Of a stretch of DNA of 64,000 nucleotides, positions 53,145 to 64,000 are shown in pieces. The notes beneath the pieces are model-generated. The model saw only the letters and a list, made by a program, of their open reading frames with translations, was not told the origin of the DNA and ran no database searches. This stretch comes from Octopus vulgaris. Taxonomy: Eukaryota. The stretch's first letter is position 1, and the number at the start of each line of letters is the position of its first letter. The translations under genes and the position numbers were made by a program. Where the stretch lies: the NCBI GenBank assembly GCA_951406725.2, contig OX597819.1, positions 15,252,001-15,316,000 of the forward strand. The letters are read 5' to 3'.

Positions 53145-53442
53145 TTACATTATTTATTTATATTTGACAGATATTTGTCCTCATTTTGCTTGTTGTTAAC
53201 ATAACATTTCGGCTGATATACCCTCCAGATTTCATCAGGTGTCTTGGGGAAATTTCGAACCTGGGTTCTCATTCCTAAGGTATTTTTCGGTGTTGTTGCT
53301 ATTATATTCAGGTCACTGCCTGGAATCAAACTTGGAATCTTGGGGTCAGTAGCCTGCGCTCTTAACCACTACGCCATATGCCCATGGACAAATATTCGTC
53401 AAATGTAAATAATGGACATAATTCCTCATCTCTTAAATATAG
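53145..53442 (-). mobile_element. tRNA-headed short element containing a minimal hammerhead, with an inverted copy of its tail
   Basis: tRNA-like 73 nt at 53383-53311 (A box TGGCGTAGTGG, B box GTTTGATTCC); hammerhead-like ACAC CTGATGA..CAGCC GAAA TG TT ATGT at 53242-53199; inverted repeat 53148-53180 vs 53386-53418. Confidence 0.65.
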
Positions 53443-54416
53443 AACTGTACGTGCAAAATGTTTCTTTGCAAAAATCGAGTCAAATTTATTTTCTTCGTCT
53501 TTCATTTGTTTTCTCTTACTGATGAACATGGAGAGTGTGAGTACAGCTGTGTAATTAATAAGTTTATATATATATGTGCTTCCAGGTTTCATCATAATGT
53601 GTAGCATCTGAAGCAATTGTCTTTGACCAAAGGCTTGGGTTGGCCCTTGATTCTGAGTGAAATTGCATAGGCAGAACCTGTGGCCTGCATTTGGGTGGAA
53701 GATCAATCTGTAGCCTAGCGTAACACAGTCATCTGACCCATGATCTCTTGATGTAAATATTTGAACCTGGTTTCCAGTTTGAAGCTAATTTCACATCTTT
53801 GGTGTGCAGCTTGATGCTACAGTGACCCATGTGTTGATTCTTCCTCACTTTCAGCCAGTCTGGCATGCTAAGCCTTTCACAGTTGCAGTCTGTGATAATG
53901 GCTTTGGTAGCATTCATGTACTCAGTAGTCTGGCCTTAATTTCATGATCATACTGTCTTTAGAAGTAAAATATTGCTGACATCCCAAAGGAAGGTTTTAC
54001 GACTTGTTTCTTTGTCAGAACTTTCAGTTCTGTCCATAGTTTGGTTACTATAATTTTTCTTGGATAATCACATCATCATCATCATCTGCCCTCCATGCTG
54101 ACATGCAACTGGCAATGCTGGGACCTGCACCAGGCTCCGACTATCTGTTTTGGCACGATTTCTATGGCTGGATGCCCTCCCCAATGCCAACCACTTTACA
54201 GAGTGTACTGAGAGCGTTTTATGTGGCATCAGCACAGACATAACCACAGTTGTTGCAAATCTTTCTTTGAGCCAACAGTGGAGTTTCTTTAGGGTTGCTC
54301 AAATAGCAACCCCATGTCCTGCAAATCTTGCCTTAATGTTTCATTATGTAATCTTTAAATGTATTATTTGAAAATAAGACAAGGGAATCATAATAGAAAT
54401 GGTTTTGATGATTGAA

Positions 54417-54650
54417 GGCGGTGAGCTGGCAGAAACGTTAGCACGCCGGGCGAACTGCTTAGTGGTATTTCGTCTGCCGCTACTCTCTGAGTTCAAATTC
54501 CGTCGAGGTCGACTTTGCCTTTCATCCTTTTGGGGTTGATTAAATAAGTACCAGTTATGCACCGGGGTTGATATAATTGACTTAATCCATTTGTCTGTCC
54601 TGGTTTGTCCCCTCTGTATCTAGCCCCTTGTGGGCAGTAAAGAAATAGGA
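54417..54650 (+). mobile_element. SINE family B copy with TSD
   Basis: GAAATGGTTTTGATG on both flanks (~54395, ~54650). Confidence 0.85.
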
Positions 54651-55619
54651 AATGGTTTTGATGTATAAGCCTATTCATTCTGGATTAACCTCGGTCAAAA
54701 CAAGTCCTCTATTTTCTATGGTCTCTCAAATATTTAGGTCCATGGAGCTGACGAATCAACTTTGACTGGCTCTGCTTTATAGTTCTTCATACATTCACTT
54801 CTAGTTTATTTGAATTGATACTTGAAACTAGCATTAATTTCTCAAGTTCACTAACAAATTTGTTTCTGTTGCTGTCTCTCTATTTTCTCCTTTACTGTTA
54901 GTTATTTATTGTTTAGCCCCAAATAATATTTAAGATACTCCAAGCAATCATGATCCCTTTTTTTTTCCCCAGGCAGTTCACCCAGGAATGAGTACAGTTT
55001 AACGAGAGTAGGGTGAAATTGTAAGGTGATTCGGTTGTTATTTCTATCTGATTGAACTGCAATATGGTGAGATTCTGTTATTGGCCAGCTACGGCCATAT
55101 AAATTGAGGAGAAAGTCTTCATTGTGTTTAGCCAATCAGCTGACTCCTAATTTCTTCAATGATTGCATAGAAGAGACTCTATAGAAATTGATCATTGATC
55201 TCAAGGTTGTTGCAAGGTTTTGTTTATGTTGTCAACAAAAATATATAACTTATAAACCTTTGTTTTATTTTATTCTTTGTTATGTTGTTATCAACTTGAT
55301 AAAGTTTGTGGTTGGCATTCAACCTTGAAGAAAAGTCAAAAGTTTTATATGTTTATCTTTGGTCTACAAACAATATACAAGTTAGTATTAACTTTTGCTG
55401 CCTTGTCAAGATCTTAATTTCATTATTGCCTAAACATAGCTTCATAGTACGGTCGTCATCTTAGCCCAACCCTAGCCTCTAGTTTCACACTCTACCTACT
55501 TACCTCCTCATCTCTCTCTACTTTTCTTGACACTATTTTAGTTTCCCCACTCCTTGGTTATTCGAAACAGTTTTTTTTCCTGCCAACCCTTTTGTTGTTA
55601 GTTCAGGGGCTCATACTCG

Positions 55620-55998
55620 CAGGTGGTGGTGCCGTGTAGAAAGTGCTTGGGCTCCGGATGCGTATGATGCACACTTGTTCTAGTGTTGTGTGAAATGCGT
55701 TCATGCTGATGTTGCATATGATGCATTCATGCTGGTGTTGCATAAAATGCACTTGTGCTGCATGAAATGCACTCGTGCTGGTGTTGAGTAAAATGCACTC
55801 GTGCTGGTGTTGTGTGAAATGTGCTCATGTCACTGCTGCGTGAAATGCGCTCATGTCGGTGCTGCTTGGAATGCGCTGGTGCTGCAGGGAATGCACTCAT
55901 GCTGGTGCTGCGGGGAATGTGATCGTGCCAGTGCTGCATGGAATGCACTTGTGCTAGTGCTGCGTGGAATGCGCTTGTGCCGGTGTTGCAAGGAATGC
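55620..55998. repeat. ~26-bp minisatellite, about 14 degenerate units
   Basis: Unit ATGCACTCGTGCTGGTGTTGMGTRAA; runs directly into a (GAT)n-tailed repeat at ~56000. Confidence 0.8.
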
Positions 55999-57762
55999 AA
56001 AGTGGTTAGCGTTAGGAAGGGCATCCAGCTGTAGAAACCATGTCAAGACAGACAATTTGAACATGGTGCAGCTCTCCAGCCTTGCCAGCTCCTGTTAAAC
56101 CATCCAACCCATGCCAGCATAGCAAACAGACATTAAATGATGATGATGAAGAGGAGGAGGATTTGATTGCAGCCATATTGGAAAACATGCTTAAAGAGCT
56201 TCGGGAATTAATTTTTGGCATCAATGTTAAATTTCAAGTCAGATATTTTATCAATCTCTGCTTACAGTGTTAAGTTAAAGGATATAAACACACTCTCTCC
56301 TAAACAGTGTTAATGTAGCAACCCCACCTACAACTTCTATGACAGGCTCCCAGTTTTCCTTGCAAGTCACTTGGGTGGATAAATACTAGGGTAGAAGTCC
56401 AAGGTGTCACATAATGGGTTTAAATCCTAATGGGCTAAATAGTTTCGTCCTTCTCTTCTTTCACTTTCTCTCCCCTTCTTCCTCTTCCTCCTTCCCCATC
56501 CCCCTCTCTCCTTCCTCTCACCCCTTCCACCTTTCTCTGTTCTTCCTCTTACTCCTTTCTCCAACTTCCCCTTCCTCTTTTCTATTCATTCTCTTCCCTC
56601 TTCCTACCCTTCCTTTTCTCCCTTCTCTTATCTTCCTCCCCCCCGTTTCTCTTCTTCCTATTCCTCTTCCTCCCCCTTCCTCTTCCCATCAATTCTGCCA
56701 TAGCCAGAATCATTTGCACTCCACACTAGATGCTTAGCCTCATTTCATCTGCCGAGATGTTCAAATTCCATTGAGGTCAATCCAATAACTACCAGTTGCA
56801 CACCAAGCTGGAAGCAATCAACTTATCCTCCCCCTCCTCCCTTGTGCCTGTAGTAAAAAGGATTTTTTGTTTTATTTATGCCAGTTCTCTGTCATAAATT
56901 ATCCTCAACCCATTGCACAAACAAATATGTCGCTCCAGCAACCAGACCACATCTTTCCTCTTTGCTCTTCAATGTTTTCTTCTCCTGGCTTTCCTACAAC
57001 GTTTGCACTGGCCCAAGTTCACCAATTTCTAGAACAGATATATAATTGCTTGAATAATATTATTTTATTTCCCTCTCCTCAGATAGTATTTAATCAAAAC
57101 ACGCAGCTATAATTAACAAGTTGCATGGTTGAAAGCTTCTAGGAGATGTCAACATCCACAAGCTAACAGACCAAACGAGCAGTGATGATAAATTCCTTTT
57201 AGTTCTTTGTATCAATGCCAGTGAGTAAATATGATCTCATGTTCCACGTGCTCAGATTTTTTTTTTTATGCATTTAGCCATTGCAACAATATTTCTCACA
57301 TGGGTGCAATAAATGCTGAGTCAGTTTTCTCGAGTGTTTATTTTTGGAAATTGGATTTATCTACAAAATTTCCTTTACATAGTTTCACCATTTCCTTGTA
57401 TAGATTTATTTATCTTGCCATTCATTGCAAATTGGTACAGTTTTTCTGTCAGCCTCTTGTTTCGAAATCTGACATCTAAACATATAAGGATGAGAAAGTG
57501 TGTCTGTGTGAATCCCCTAAAACTCAAGAACTACACAACCAATTTCTTTCAAATTTTACACATGCCTTACTTAGAGCCCACGCAGTGTCATGGGCCCAAT
57601 GAATTTTCAACTTCTTACCTAGTGCGAGCCCAGAGCAATCTCATCTCTAACACTATATCAGTATTAAATTGCAAAAGTGAAACAGTAACATCCCTATATT
57701 GTAATGTGACTTACTTTCAGTTTAATAGTTTCGCTATTAATACTGAAACTATTATCTCACAC

Positions 57763-57805
<43 letters not shown>

Positions 57806-59931
57806 CATCTTTGGTTCACCAGTTGTTTTCGTGTGTATTTGATCAATACACTGAATTCAACACTTCTCAGATTAAATGAGTACAAAATGATCTAAATTTT
57901 TTTCTTCTACTCTTGGCACACTATTAATTGTTGGGGAGGTGGGGGTCAGTTGATTAGATTGACCCCAGTACACAACTGGTACTTAATTTATCGATCCCAA
58001 AAAGATGAAAGACAAAGTCGACCTTGGCAGAATTTGAACTCAGAACGTAAAGACAGATGAAATACTGCTAAGCATTTCGCCCGGCATGCTAACATTTCTG
58101 CCAGCTTGCTGTGTTGAAGGTTTATCTAAGTTAATGCTGTAAAATTGGTGCTAATTACATTACCAGGACTAACTTGATTTCAGTTCCTCCTTGAATGACC
58201 AATCACTTATCTGGAAATCAATGTTACCATCTGGGGACTATCTCTGACCCAGTGATAACTAGAAAAGCACTCGAAGAGTGCAGACCTCCGCCAAGCAGCT
58301 CATTTCCACCCATATCCAGACTAACTTGATTCCAGTTCCTTAAAGCTGATGAAACAGTTATGTTCTCTCCTGCCATGCACAACAATTCACCTGTCATACT
58401 GTCTTTTGCACGGCACCTTGAGAAAGTGTCTCCTGCTATAAAATCAGGCCAATCAAAGCCTGGTGAATGAATTCTATAGATGGAAACTGAAAAGCTTATT
58501 TGTGTGTGCTCACCTATTCGAAAGCTATGATGATCAGTTGGTGTTGTTACTTCTGTCAATAACTTACCTATTCACTTTGTTCCTTTGAAACTGTGCAGGC
58601 TAAGAGATCCCTTAATTGAGAAAACAGGTAAGGGTTAGTAACAGGAATAGCATTCAGCTGTGAGACAGTACTTTCATTACCATTTGTCTAACTTGTGCTG
58701 ACAATAGGTGAATTGCACTGGAGTTCTTGAGAGTGACATTGATGCCGATGATGTCAGTGGCAAAAGCGAAGATGGATGTGACTTGCCAGTCATTTAGTTG
58801 ACAGACAAGTCTTAACACTACCATCAACCTGACCAGTTGTTGTTGTTGTTTATAGACTACAGAATTGAAGATTAAATTTGCTGTCATTGTTAATTCTTTC
58901 ATTTATTAGTCTCTAGTGAAGCCACATAGTTTGTGATGACTTGATCTGCAGAAAGTAGCTACCAAAAATACTATCATCATCATTATCATCATTTAGCATC
59001 TGTTGTCCATGCTGGCATGGGTTGGACGGTTTGACCAGGACTGGTAAGCTGGAAGGCTGCACCAGACCCCAGTCTGATTTGGCATGGTTTCTATGGTTGT
59101 ATGTCCTAACGCCAACCACTCTGAAAGTGTAATGGGTGCACTTATGTGCCACCAGCATTGATGCCATTTGTGTGCCACCAGTGTCTGCCACGACTGTGAT
59201 TTTACTTGGCAACCTCACTAGTGCAGGTAGCATGTAAAAAAGCAGCCAATACATTCTGTAAAGTGATTGGTGTTGGGAACAGCATTCAGCCATAGAAACC
59301 ATATCGAAGCAGACATTGGATCCTGATGCAGACTTTGGACTCATTGGATCCTGTCAGACTGTCCAATCCATGCCAGCATGGAACACAGCCTTTAAATGAT
59401 GATGTTTTTTTTTTTCTGAGAGCTTATCTCTGGACTATGTTATCTAATGCGACATTCTTTCTTTAGAGGTGGAATGCAACATGAGGGTGAGATGGTTACT
59501 ACTTCTAGTAGATCAAGAAACCATGTAGAACCTGCCTCCTGGTGGAATGGTATTTGAATACTGAGATCAGTTCTTGTACCTGTTTCAGTCTTTTAACTGT
59601 GGCCATGCTGGAGCACTGCCTTTAGTCAAGCAATTCGCCCCCAGGACTTATTCTTTGTAAGTCTAGTACTTATTCTATCGGTCTCCTTTGCAGAACTGCT
59701 AAGTTACAGGGACATAAACACACCAACATTGGTTGTCAAGCGATGTTGGGGGAATAGAAAAAAAAGTCTATCTTTATTTTTTCTTTTGCTGGCGTCTCAA
59801 ATTTAGGTTAAATCAGTGTTTCTCAAAGGGGAGGCCTATGGGACGGTCGGACAAATTGTTTTGAGAAAATTTGGTTTAAATGTTTGACAACTCAGCACCG
59901 TCCATTGTACGGGGGGGGGGGGGGCGTTTTG

Positions 59932-59969
<38 letters not shown>

Positions 59970-60042
59970 GTATGTGTGTGTTTGTGTATACATGTATGCA
60001 TATGCAAACAGGAAAAGTAGGACTCAAAATATGACTATATCC

Positions 60043-60196
60043 ATATTTTTATTAATATTTAGCTGAAGTAACAGAGTGACTCAAGATTTGAGTTTTGTGC
60101 ATTGGCACTTGTCAAACTTGGATAAATGCCATCACATGAAACTCTTGTGTCTTAAGTGACTCTGTTAACTCCTGCTAATTATTAATGAAAATGTAT
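60043..60196. repeat. Diverged palindromic MITE-like sequence
   Basis: ATTAATATTTAGC..AACAGAGTGACTCAAGA vs TCTTAAGTGACTCTGTT..GCTAATTATTAAT. Confidence 0.6.
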
Positions 60197-60205
60197 ATGT
60201 ATATG

Positions 60206-61053
60206 TACAAGGTCTTATCAGTAAGTATCCAGGCTTGTTTCCATAGTAACGAAGCCAAAGCATGCAGAGTGAAGCTACTTGGCACAGATTGACCTTGAAC
60301 TCTGCAGTGCACGTGCACTAAGTTTTAACATTCTAGCTCACCTGCTGTTTACAGCAGTGCTTGGAAGGAAGATGTGTAGCGTGTGATCATCTTATTGACT
60401 ATGACAGAGAAAGTTGTCATGGCAATACCTGCTCAGAGGCCTACACAAAGTTGCAGAAAGTGTATGCAGAGGAGTGCATGAGCTGCACATAAGTGTATGA
60501 GTGGTTCAGATGTTTCTAAGATAGCTGGAAAATATGTTGATATTGGCAAATGTTCCGAGAAAAACATTGCAGATGTGTGTGCAGTTGTAAGGGGAAATTG
60601 TTGAATCACCATCCGCGAATTAGAGGATGTGCAGATTAGTTTCAGTTCAGTTCAGTCCATTATCACTGAAGATTTGGGTATGAGACGTGTGTCTGCCAAG
60701 TTTGTGCCAAAACTGCTTTCAGCTGACCAAGAAGACACTTGAGTTGCAGTTGCACAAGATCTCTTTGATTCTGTCAAGAAAGATGAAAACTTTTTGGAAA
60801 CTTTGCATAGGTCTCTGAGCAGGTATCGCCAAGCTTTTGGAAAAATTTGATGCAGATTCTCTGCTCAACTTTCTCTGCCATGGTCAATGCAACAATCACA
60901 TGCTACACACCTTCCTTCCAAGCACTGCTGTAAACAGTGGAAGTGAGCTAGAACGTTAAATCTTAGTGCACATGCTCAGCAGTGTTCAAGGTCAGTCTGT
61001 GCCAAGCGGCTTCACTCTGTGCTTTAGCTTCATTACTATGGCAACAGTCCAGA
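60206..61053 (+). mobile_element. mariner deletion derivative with ~175-bp inverted arms
   Basis: Arms ~60226-60400 / ~60880-61053; internal YTKLQKVYAEECMS..VYEWFRCF and EDLGMRRVSAKFVPKLLSADQ (transposase HTH region only). Confidence 0.8.
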
Positions 61054-61424
61054 TGTGGATACTGTCAGCTGGTCACTGACCTGGCCACTAAAAAATAAAA
61101 ACTTTTCCTACTTTTTTTGATCAATAATTGTTGCCTTCTTTTTCACCTGTTTTAATCTTCCTCGTTTCATTTTAATTTTCTCTCCACACTCTTTACCAAA
61201 CTCTCTCCCTTTCTGGCCTCAAACATGTTTGTGGAGTAACTAGTTTTTTTATATCCATTCATTCTTCACTTTTTCCATTCTCTTGTCAATGAATGAGGAA
61301 TAAACACTTCTCTTGCTCCCTGAGAATTATCCTAAAGCATCAGCAATTGTCTTAATGTTGTATAAATTCAAACCCGATACTATAATAAATTTTAGTTTTG
61401 TGTGTGTAGATAGAAATTTTTTTA

Positions 61425-61792
61425 TTCTTTATTTATTTCAGTCATTTGACTGCGGCCATGGTGGAGCACCACCTTTAGTCGAACAAATCCACCCTAGGAT
61501 TATTCTTTGTAAGCCTAGTACTTATTCTTTTGGTGTCTCTTGCCGAACCGCTAAGTTACGGGGACGTAAACACACCAACAATGGGTTGTCAAGCAATGGT
61601 GGGGGAACACACACACACACACACATATATGACAGGCTTCTTTCAGTTTCCGTCTACCAAATCCACTCACAAGGCTTTGGTCGGCCCGGGGCTATAGTAT
61701 AAGATACTTGCCCAAGGTGCTATGCAGTGGGACTGAACTCGGTGCCATGTGGTGGTAAGCAAGCTACTTACCACACTGCCACTCCTATGCCT
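61425..61792 (-). mobile_element. SINE family A copy
   Basis: Homology to 2296-2690. Confidence 0.8.
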
Positions 61793-62154
61793 GCAAATAT
61801 TATTAAATTGAAATATTATTATAGTGATGATGATGATGATGAAATGAAGAAAAAATGTAAAATTTGGAAGGAGAGAAAGCTGAATATTATTTATTGCAAA
61901 TGGATGGCCTAATCAGTGAAGCATTACAAAGTTGCTATTTATTCTTTTAAGTTCCTTTACATTTGGAGTCCAATTGTTGTTCGTACTCACTTAGTCTTTC
62001 GTCCTCTTGAGGCTTATAGTTGCTGAGGTCGCTGACATTGACTATTATGACCTGGAGCTAAAAGAACAAAAGGAGTATATATATATATAAAACATTTAGT
62101 ATCCCTGAAATCTTGTATGCTTGCTGAATAGTGAATAGTGAGCTTGCTTTTGCT

Positions 62155-62185
<31 letters not shown>

Positions 62186-62186
<1 letters not shown>

Positions 62187-62561
62187 TCTTTTACTTGTTT
62201 CAGTCATTTGACTGCGGCCATGCTGGAGCACCACCTTTAGTCGAGCAAATCGACCCTGGGACTTATTCTTTGTAAGCCCAGTACTTATTCTATTGGTCTC
62301 TTTTGCCGAACCGCTACGTGATGGGGACGTAAGCACACCAGCATCGGTTGTCAAGCAATGCTAGAGGGACACACACATACATATATATATACATATATAC
62401 GAAGGCTTCTTTCAGTTTCCATCTACCAAATCCACTCACAAGGCTTTGGTCGGCCCGAGGCTATAGCAGAAGACACTTGCCCAAGATGCCAAGCAGTGGG
62501 ACTGAACCTGGAACCACGTGGTTGGTTAGCAAGCTACTTACCACACAGCCACTCCTGTGCC
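62186..62561 (-). mobile_element. SINE family A copy
   Basis: Homology to 2296-2690. Confidence 0.85.
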
Positions 62562-62575
62562 TATATATATATGTA

Positions 62576-62674
<99 letters not shown>

Positions 62675-63594
62675 TTTTTTTGTAAATGCACAAAGGTAAA
62701 AATATGAATAGATTTGATAATCTATATCATTTTCTATCAGCTTTGGTATTTTTTTTTTTTTTTTTAATCGGTTGCTGTGTAACTGAGGTTAGATTTGTTT
62801 GAACAAACATATAGAGCACATAAATAGTCGGCTGAATGACTAGGTGTGACCCACTTGTATCATGCCTTCACCTAACTAATGACTGTACCGAATATTACTT
62901 GCTCCCTTGGCCAATCATTTGAGGTGCAGTACGACAATTTAGACATGTGCTCTCATCACTTGTCATTTTTGTTTTCTTCTAGATTCTGCTAGTGGTTGAA
63001 GCAGGCAAGGTGAACTTGATCAGAGCACAACAGTTGCTGTTCTTCACATTGTTTATTCAAGGATTCTCATCATCATCATCATCCTTTAACAGCTGTTTTC
63101 TATGCTGGCATGGGTCGGGCAGTGTGACTGGAGCTGCGCCAGGTTCTAGTCTGATTTGGTGTGGTTTCTATAGCTAGATGTCCATAACACCAACCACTTC
63201 ACAGTGTGCTGCTGGGTGCTTTTAATGTGGTACCACATGAGCACCTTTATGTGGCCCCTACATGTGCTTTTTATGTGGCACCGACACAGGGCTCTTGCAA
63301 GCTAATCCTCCTCACCAAGGGGAGCAGCCTTAACACTTATGTTCTGAAGGACGGGTCTTCTTAAGGACCTTCTGCTGTGTAAGACTGGTCTTTTTTGGAA
63401 TAAGTTATCTCGAGTAAGCTCTGTTAGATATGCAGTGTTGAATAAGATATGAGAGTCGGTACTGCATGCTGACGAGTGAATGGTACGTGCAGTATTTGTT
63501 TTTGTTTAACTCCAGGTCAATCCTGATTCAGCAGACCCTGTTGATCAAAGGGGTCTCAGTCACACCATCAGCCATTTTTCCTCCGTGAAGTCTG

Positions 63595-63845
63595 ACGCTT
63601 GAAAGGTGCTTTTTACGTGTCACCGGCACAGGTGCCAGTTATGTGACACTAGCATCAGCCACGACTGATATCACTTAACGGGTTTTTTCAAGCACAGCAT
63701 ATTTCCAAAGATCTCGGTTATTGGTCATCACCTCTGTGAGACTCAAAGTCCAAAGATCATGCTTCACCACCTCATCCCATGTCTTCCTGGACCTACCTCT
63801 ATCACAGGTTCCCTCCTTAGAGATCAGCACTTCTTTGCACAACTT
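63595..63845 (-). mobile_element. RTE LINE C-terminus joined to its 3' UTR repeat
   Basis: Minus: EGTCDRGRSRKTWDEVVKHDL..RDLWKYAVLEK, then TGCCGGTGACACGTAAAAAGCACC, a unit type found in the (GAT)n-tailed family. Confidence 0.75.
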
Positions 63846-64000
63846 CTCTATGAGAAATCATACACAAATATAAACTAGAAGTTAGGTAGGGCTAGGCTAA
63901 ATTTGAAATAGATTTAATTATTTAAATCAAAATTAAATTTTACTTAGTTTCCTTGGTGTGTCTGGATTTGTGTGGAGGTGGGGGTGGGAGGACGAGTTGG

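Noticed and set aside
53311-53383. tRNA gene
   Set aside because: Acceptor and T stems pair poorly and it is embedded in a repeat; a SINE head. The same applies to the heads at 1323, 20285 and 28344.
54973-55025. Possible GGNBP2 internal exon after a strong polypyrimidine-CAG
   Set aside because: All three frames hit stops and none resembles GGNBP2; similar candidates at 27853, 41813 and 62983 also show no resemblance.
55620-55998. CRISPR-like periodic repeat
   Set aside because: Head-to-tail degenerate units without unique spacers; eukaryotic context and no cas genes.
56414-56737. Pro/Ser/Leu/Phe-rich ORF (also 44169-44574, 11856-12179)
   Set aside because: Low-complexity polypyrimidine/polypurine tracts.

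Overview
AT-rich, repeat-dense animal genomic DNA, most likely an octopus (coleoid cephalopod). This is inferred from the SINE families and the long TA/TATG microsatellites. The only host coding sequence I can support is an 87-nt first coding exon of a GGNBP2 (ZNF403) orthologue at 12885-12971 (+). I found no further exon by eye, so the remaining ~51 kb is probably intron. The rest is transposon debris: three tRNA-SINE families, many 3'-UTR stubs of an RTE LINE, and RTE, Penelope and CRE-clade retroelement remnants. It also holds mariner and maT remnants, plus Merlin-, piggyBac-, hAT-, Helitron- and Helentron-type non-autonomous elements. Almost all ORFs in the supplied track are microsatellite or SINE artefacts. 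The most interesting signal is five minimal hammerhead-ribozyme motifs in short Penelope-like repeats. They include a tRNA-headed SINE carrying a hammerhead, and a two-copy family with a shared non-canonical A6U core. Other notable features are a covarying RNA hairpin shared by two repeats, several fold-back structures, and two readable repair scars. All calls were made by eye and element boundaries are approximate.
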